A stretch of 47,836 bases of DNA, from assembly GCA_900756715.1 (NCBI GenBank), contig CAAELC010000147.1:1-47836 (forward strand), read 5' to 3'. Numbering within the stretch: position 1 is the stretch's first letter; each line of letters begins with the position of its first letter. The DNA comes from an uncultured Oscillospiraceae bacterium (GTDB lineage Bacteria > Bacillota > Clostridia > Oscillospirales > Oscillospiraceae). The position numbers were made by a program, and so were the translations under genes. The notes under the pieces were generated by a model. It ran no database searches. It was not told where the DNA came from and worked only from the letters and a program-made list of their open reading frames with translations. Below, piece after piece: positions 45,725 to 47,836 of this stretch.

Positions 45725-46459
45725 ATGGAACGGATTGCACTGGTAACCGGCGCGTCCCGGGGAATCGGGCGGGCAATTGCCGCGCGGCTGGCCCGTCAGG
45801 GATGGGCGGTATGCATCAACTATCGAAAGCGGCAGGACTGCGCCGAAGCATTGGCGGCAGAACTGCGGCAGGAGGGCCGGAAGGTGATGTGCTGCCGAGC
45901 AGATGTGTCCGACCGGCAGGAGGTCATGGACATGGTGTCCCGGATCCGGGACACGCTGGGGCCGGTTTCTCTGCTGGTAAATAATGCAGGCATTTCCGGG
46001 CAAAGCCTGTTTCAGGACACGGACGAGACAGCCTGGCATCGTTTTTTCGCGGTGAATGTGGACGGAGCATATCACACGGTACAGGCGGTTCTGCCGCACA
46101 TGCTCCATGAGCACGCAGGCTGCATCGTGAACATTTCCTCCATGTGGGGCTTGCGCGGCGCCAGCTGCGAAGTGGCTTATTCTGCTACCAAGGCGGCGCT
46201 GATTGGCCTGACTCGTTCGCTGGCGGCGGAGTTGGCGCCCAGCGGCATTCGGGTAAACTGTGTGGCGCCGGGGGTAATCCAGACGGATATGCTGTGGGAA
46301 CTGGGCCGGGAGGTAGTTCCGCAGCTGACAGAGCAGACACCGCTTGGGCGTCTGGGGACACCGGAGGACATCGCGGCGGCGGTGGCATTCTTCGCATCGG
46401 AGGATGCCGGCTTTATCACCGGGCAGGTGCTGACCTGCGACGGCGGGTTTATCCTCTGA
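45725..46459 (+). CDS. FabG-like short-chain reductase (YmfI-like)
   Basis: TGASRGIG, NNAG, NISSMWG..GASCEVAYSATK, VAPGVIQTDM. Confidence 0.88.
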   Translation: MERIALVTGASRGIGRAIAARLARQGWAVCINYRKRQDCAEALAAELRQEGRKVMCCRADVSDRQEVMDMVSRIRDTLGPVSLLVNNAGISGQSLFQDTDETAWHRFFAVNVDGAYHTVQAVLPHMLHEHAGCIVNISSMWGLRGASCEVAYSATKAALIGLTRSLAAELAPSGIRVNCVAPGVIQTDMLWELGREVVPQLTEQTPLGRLGTPEDIAAAVAFFASEDAGFITGQVLTCDGGFIL

Positions 46460-46469
46460 AATCTTACAG

Positions 46470-46506
46470 AAAAGCCGAAGGCGTGCATGCACGCCTTCGG
46501 CTTTTT
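46470..46506. terminator. Bidirectional terminator (perfect 36-bp palindrome)
   Basis: AAAAGCCGAAGGCGTGCA|TGCACGCCTTCGGCTTTT between convergent genes. Confidence 0.85.
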
Positions 46507-46513
46507 GCAGCCG

Positions 46514-47731
46514 TTAATATTGCCAGCCGGACAGATCGTCGGACAGATGCTCCAAGGGAACCCGGGTGGCATTCCCGTATTTCCCGATGGTCATGGCATC
46601 ATCGCAGCAAATCCACTCCCGGCCAAACTCGTCGGTGAGAATAGCTGCCATGCAATAAGTAGACCCCTCCTCCAGCGGGACGCTATTGGTCAGTACATAC
46701 TGCATGGGAACCTCATCGTCGGAGGTGCTCCGCTGCAGCCAGCATACCAGCTTCTGGTTGCAGAACAGGCCAACCCGGGCGGAGGTGACGGAAGCGCTGT
46801 GCGGGATGTCAGAGGTCTGGTAAGTATCCACATCGAGAGTGGCGGTGGATTCCTTGGGAACCATTGTGTAGTTGCTGCCGGAGCCGCCCGCGCGCCAGGA
46901 AAGCCCGGCGGACAGATTGCAATACGGTATGGAATTGGAATACAGATTGCTGTATTCCCCAATCTTCTGGCTGGTGTGGGTGTCCCCCTGCTGAAATACC
47001 ACCAGGAAAAGAATCTCATCGTCTGTCAGCGGGCAGGTCAGTAAAGCGGAGAAGGTGTGGGCATCGTCCATCTGCGCCGGCACTTCTACGGGGCCGCCGA
47101 GATATTGGGCCACGAAGGTGGCGGTCATTCCCTCCTCGTATGTTTTTGGAACGGCGGAAAGACGGAAAGTAACAGCGTTGTCCGCAGCGGCAAAGTCTGA
47201 AATCTCCACCTGACGGGCGGCTGTCAGGTCATTTTGCTGCTGCAAAAGTTCCTCCACGCGGGTGGTAACGGAGCCAATCTGCCCACTGACAGAGCCGTAA
47301 AGCCGATTCGTTTCCTGCAAAGCCTGCTCCATCCGGGTGTAGTCCCGACGCAGCTGATACTGGCGGATCAGAAGCACCGCCAACAGCAGCGCGGCTGCGC
47401 TGTACACGGCGGCCAGCAGACGGCGCCGCCTTTTGCTGGGGGCGGGACGATAGCTTTCCACCAGACGCTCTACCCGCTTCATCTGTTCTTCGGTAAGCGG
47501 CTCCGGATTCCCGGCGGCATCCTGCGGCAGCATATCCTCCTCCCCCAGCAGCCAGCCTACCGGCACGGCGAACAGACGGCTCAGGGCCACCAGCTTCTCA
47601 ACCTCCGGCATACTGGCGTCGGATTCCCATTTATAAATGGCTTGCCGGGACACACCCAGCTGCTGCCCCAGCTGCTCCTGAGAAAGCCCCGCTTCCCGCC
47701 GCTTTTGGGCAATGCGTTGTCCTGTTGTCAT
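46514..47731 (-). CDS. XRE-family HTH regulator with TM helix, coiled coil and extracellular domain
   Basis: GQRIAQKRR..GLSQEQL...LGVSRQAIYKWE....P; RRRR + TM; ATG after AAGGAG. Confidence 0.85.
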   Translation of the reverse strand: MTTGQRIAQKRREAGLSQEQLGQQLGVSRQAIYKWESDASMPEVEKLVALSRLFAVPVGWLLGEEDMLPQDAAGNPEPLTEEQMKRVERLVESYRPAPSKRRRRLLAAVYSAAALLLAVLLIRQYQLRRDYTRMEQALQETNRLYGSVSGQIGSVTTRVEELLQQQNDLTAARQVEISDFAAADNAVTFRLSAVPKTYEEGMTATFVAQYLGGPVEVPAQMDDAHTFSALLTCPLTDDEILFLVVFQQGDTHTSQKIGEYSNLYSNSIPYCNLSAGLSWRAGGSGSNYTMVPKESTATLDVDTYQTSDIPHSASVTSARVGLFCNQKLVCWLQRSTSDDEVPMQYVLTNSVPLEEGSTYCMAAILTDEFGREWICCDDAMTIGKYGNATRVPLEHLSDDLSGWQY

Positions 47732-47836
47732 TATGTATGCTCCTTGTATTATAGAGTAGTAGTTTTTAGTGTCCCTCTCCAAGGACATGTGCTACACTGT
47801 AAAGGATGCTGTGGATTGGTACATCGCTCCTACCGC

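Noticed and set aside
1..47836. CRISPR array, prophage, integrase, transposase or defence system
   Set aside because: No spaced direct repeats or hallmark proteins seen; the MoxR has a DUF58/TGase context, not a defence-type partner

Overview
Chromosomal window from a high-GC Clostridia-class firmicute (probably Oscillospiraceae; inferred from gene content and style). Positions 1-15.3 kb are housekeeping: rluD-lspA, then miaB-mutL-mutS-miaA-hfq, an orphan membrane-fusion protein, yggS-sepF-divIVA, a HAD hydrolase and a LysM/G5/M23 peptidase. Next come a YheO-type PAS-HTH regulator divergent from a P-loop ATPase + four-subunit Vor-type 2-oxoacid:ferredoxin oxidoreductase and an OFA-type MFS, an internally deleted MATE pseudogene with an intact promoter/attenuator, argH, a MATE transporter, a pyrC-K-D-F-E-B-I operon, a PfkB kinase and an Asp/Glu racemase. 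The most notable element is a 13-kb operon (32.3-45.4 kb) under a clear cobalamin riboswitch. It encodes a membrane-anchored DUF4430 (transcobalamin-like) protein, a MoxR AAA+ / DUF58 / transglutaminase-like triad (catalytic Cys replaced by Ser) and a 2061-aa GLUG-repeat surface protein, with no transporter: a candidate B12-regulated surface corrinoid-capture or assembly system. The window ends with tRNA-Val(GAC), a YmfI/FabG-like SDR and a membrane-anchored XRE regulator. No CRISPR, integrase or transposase was recognised. All family calls are by motif recognition, not database search.
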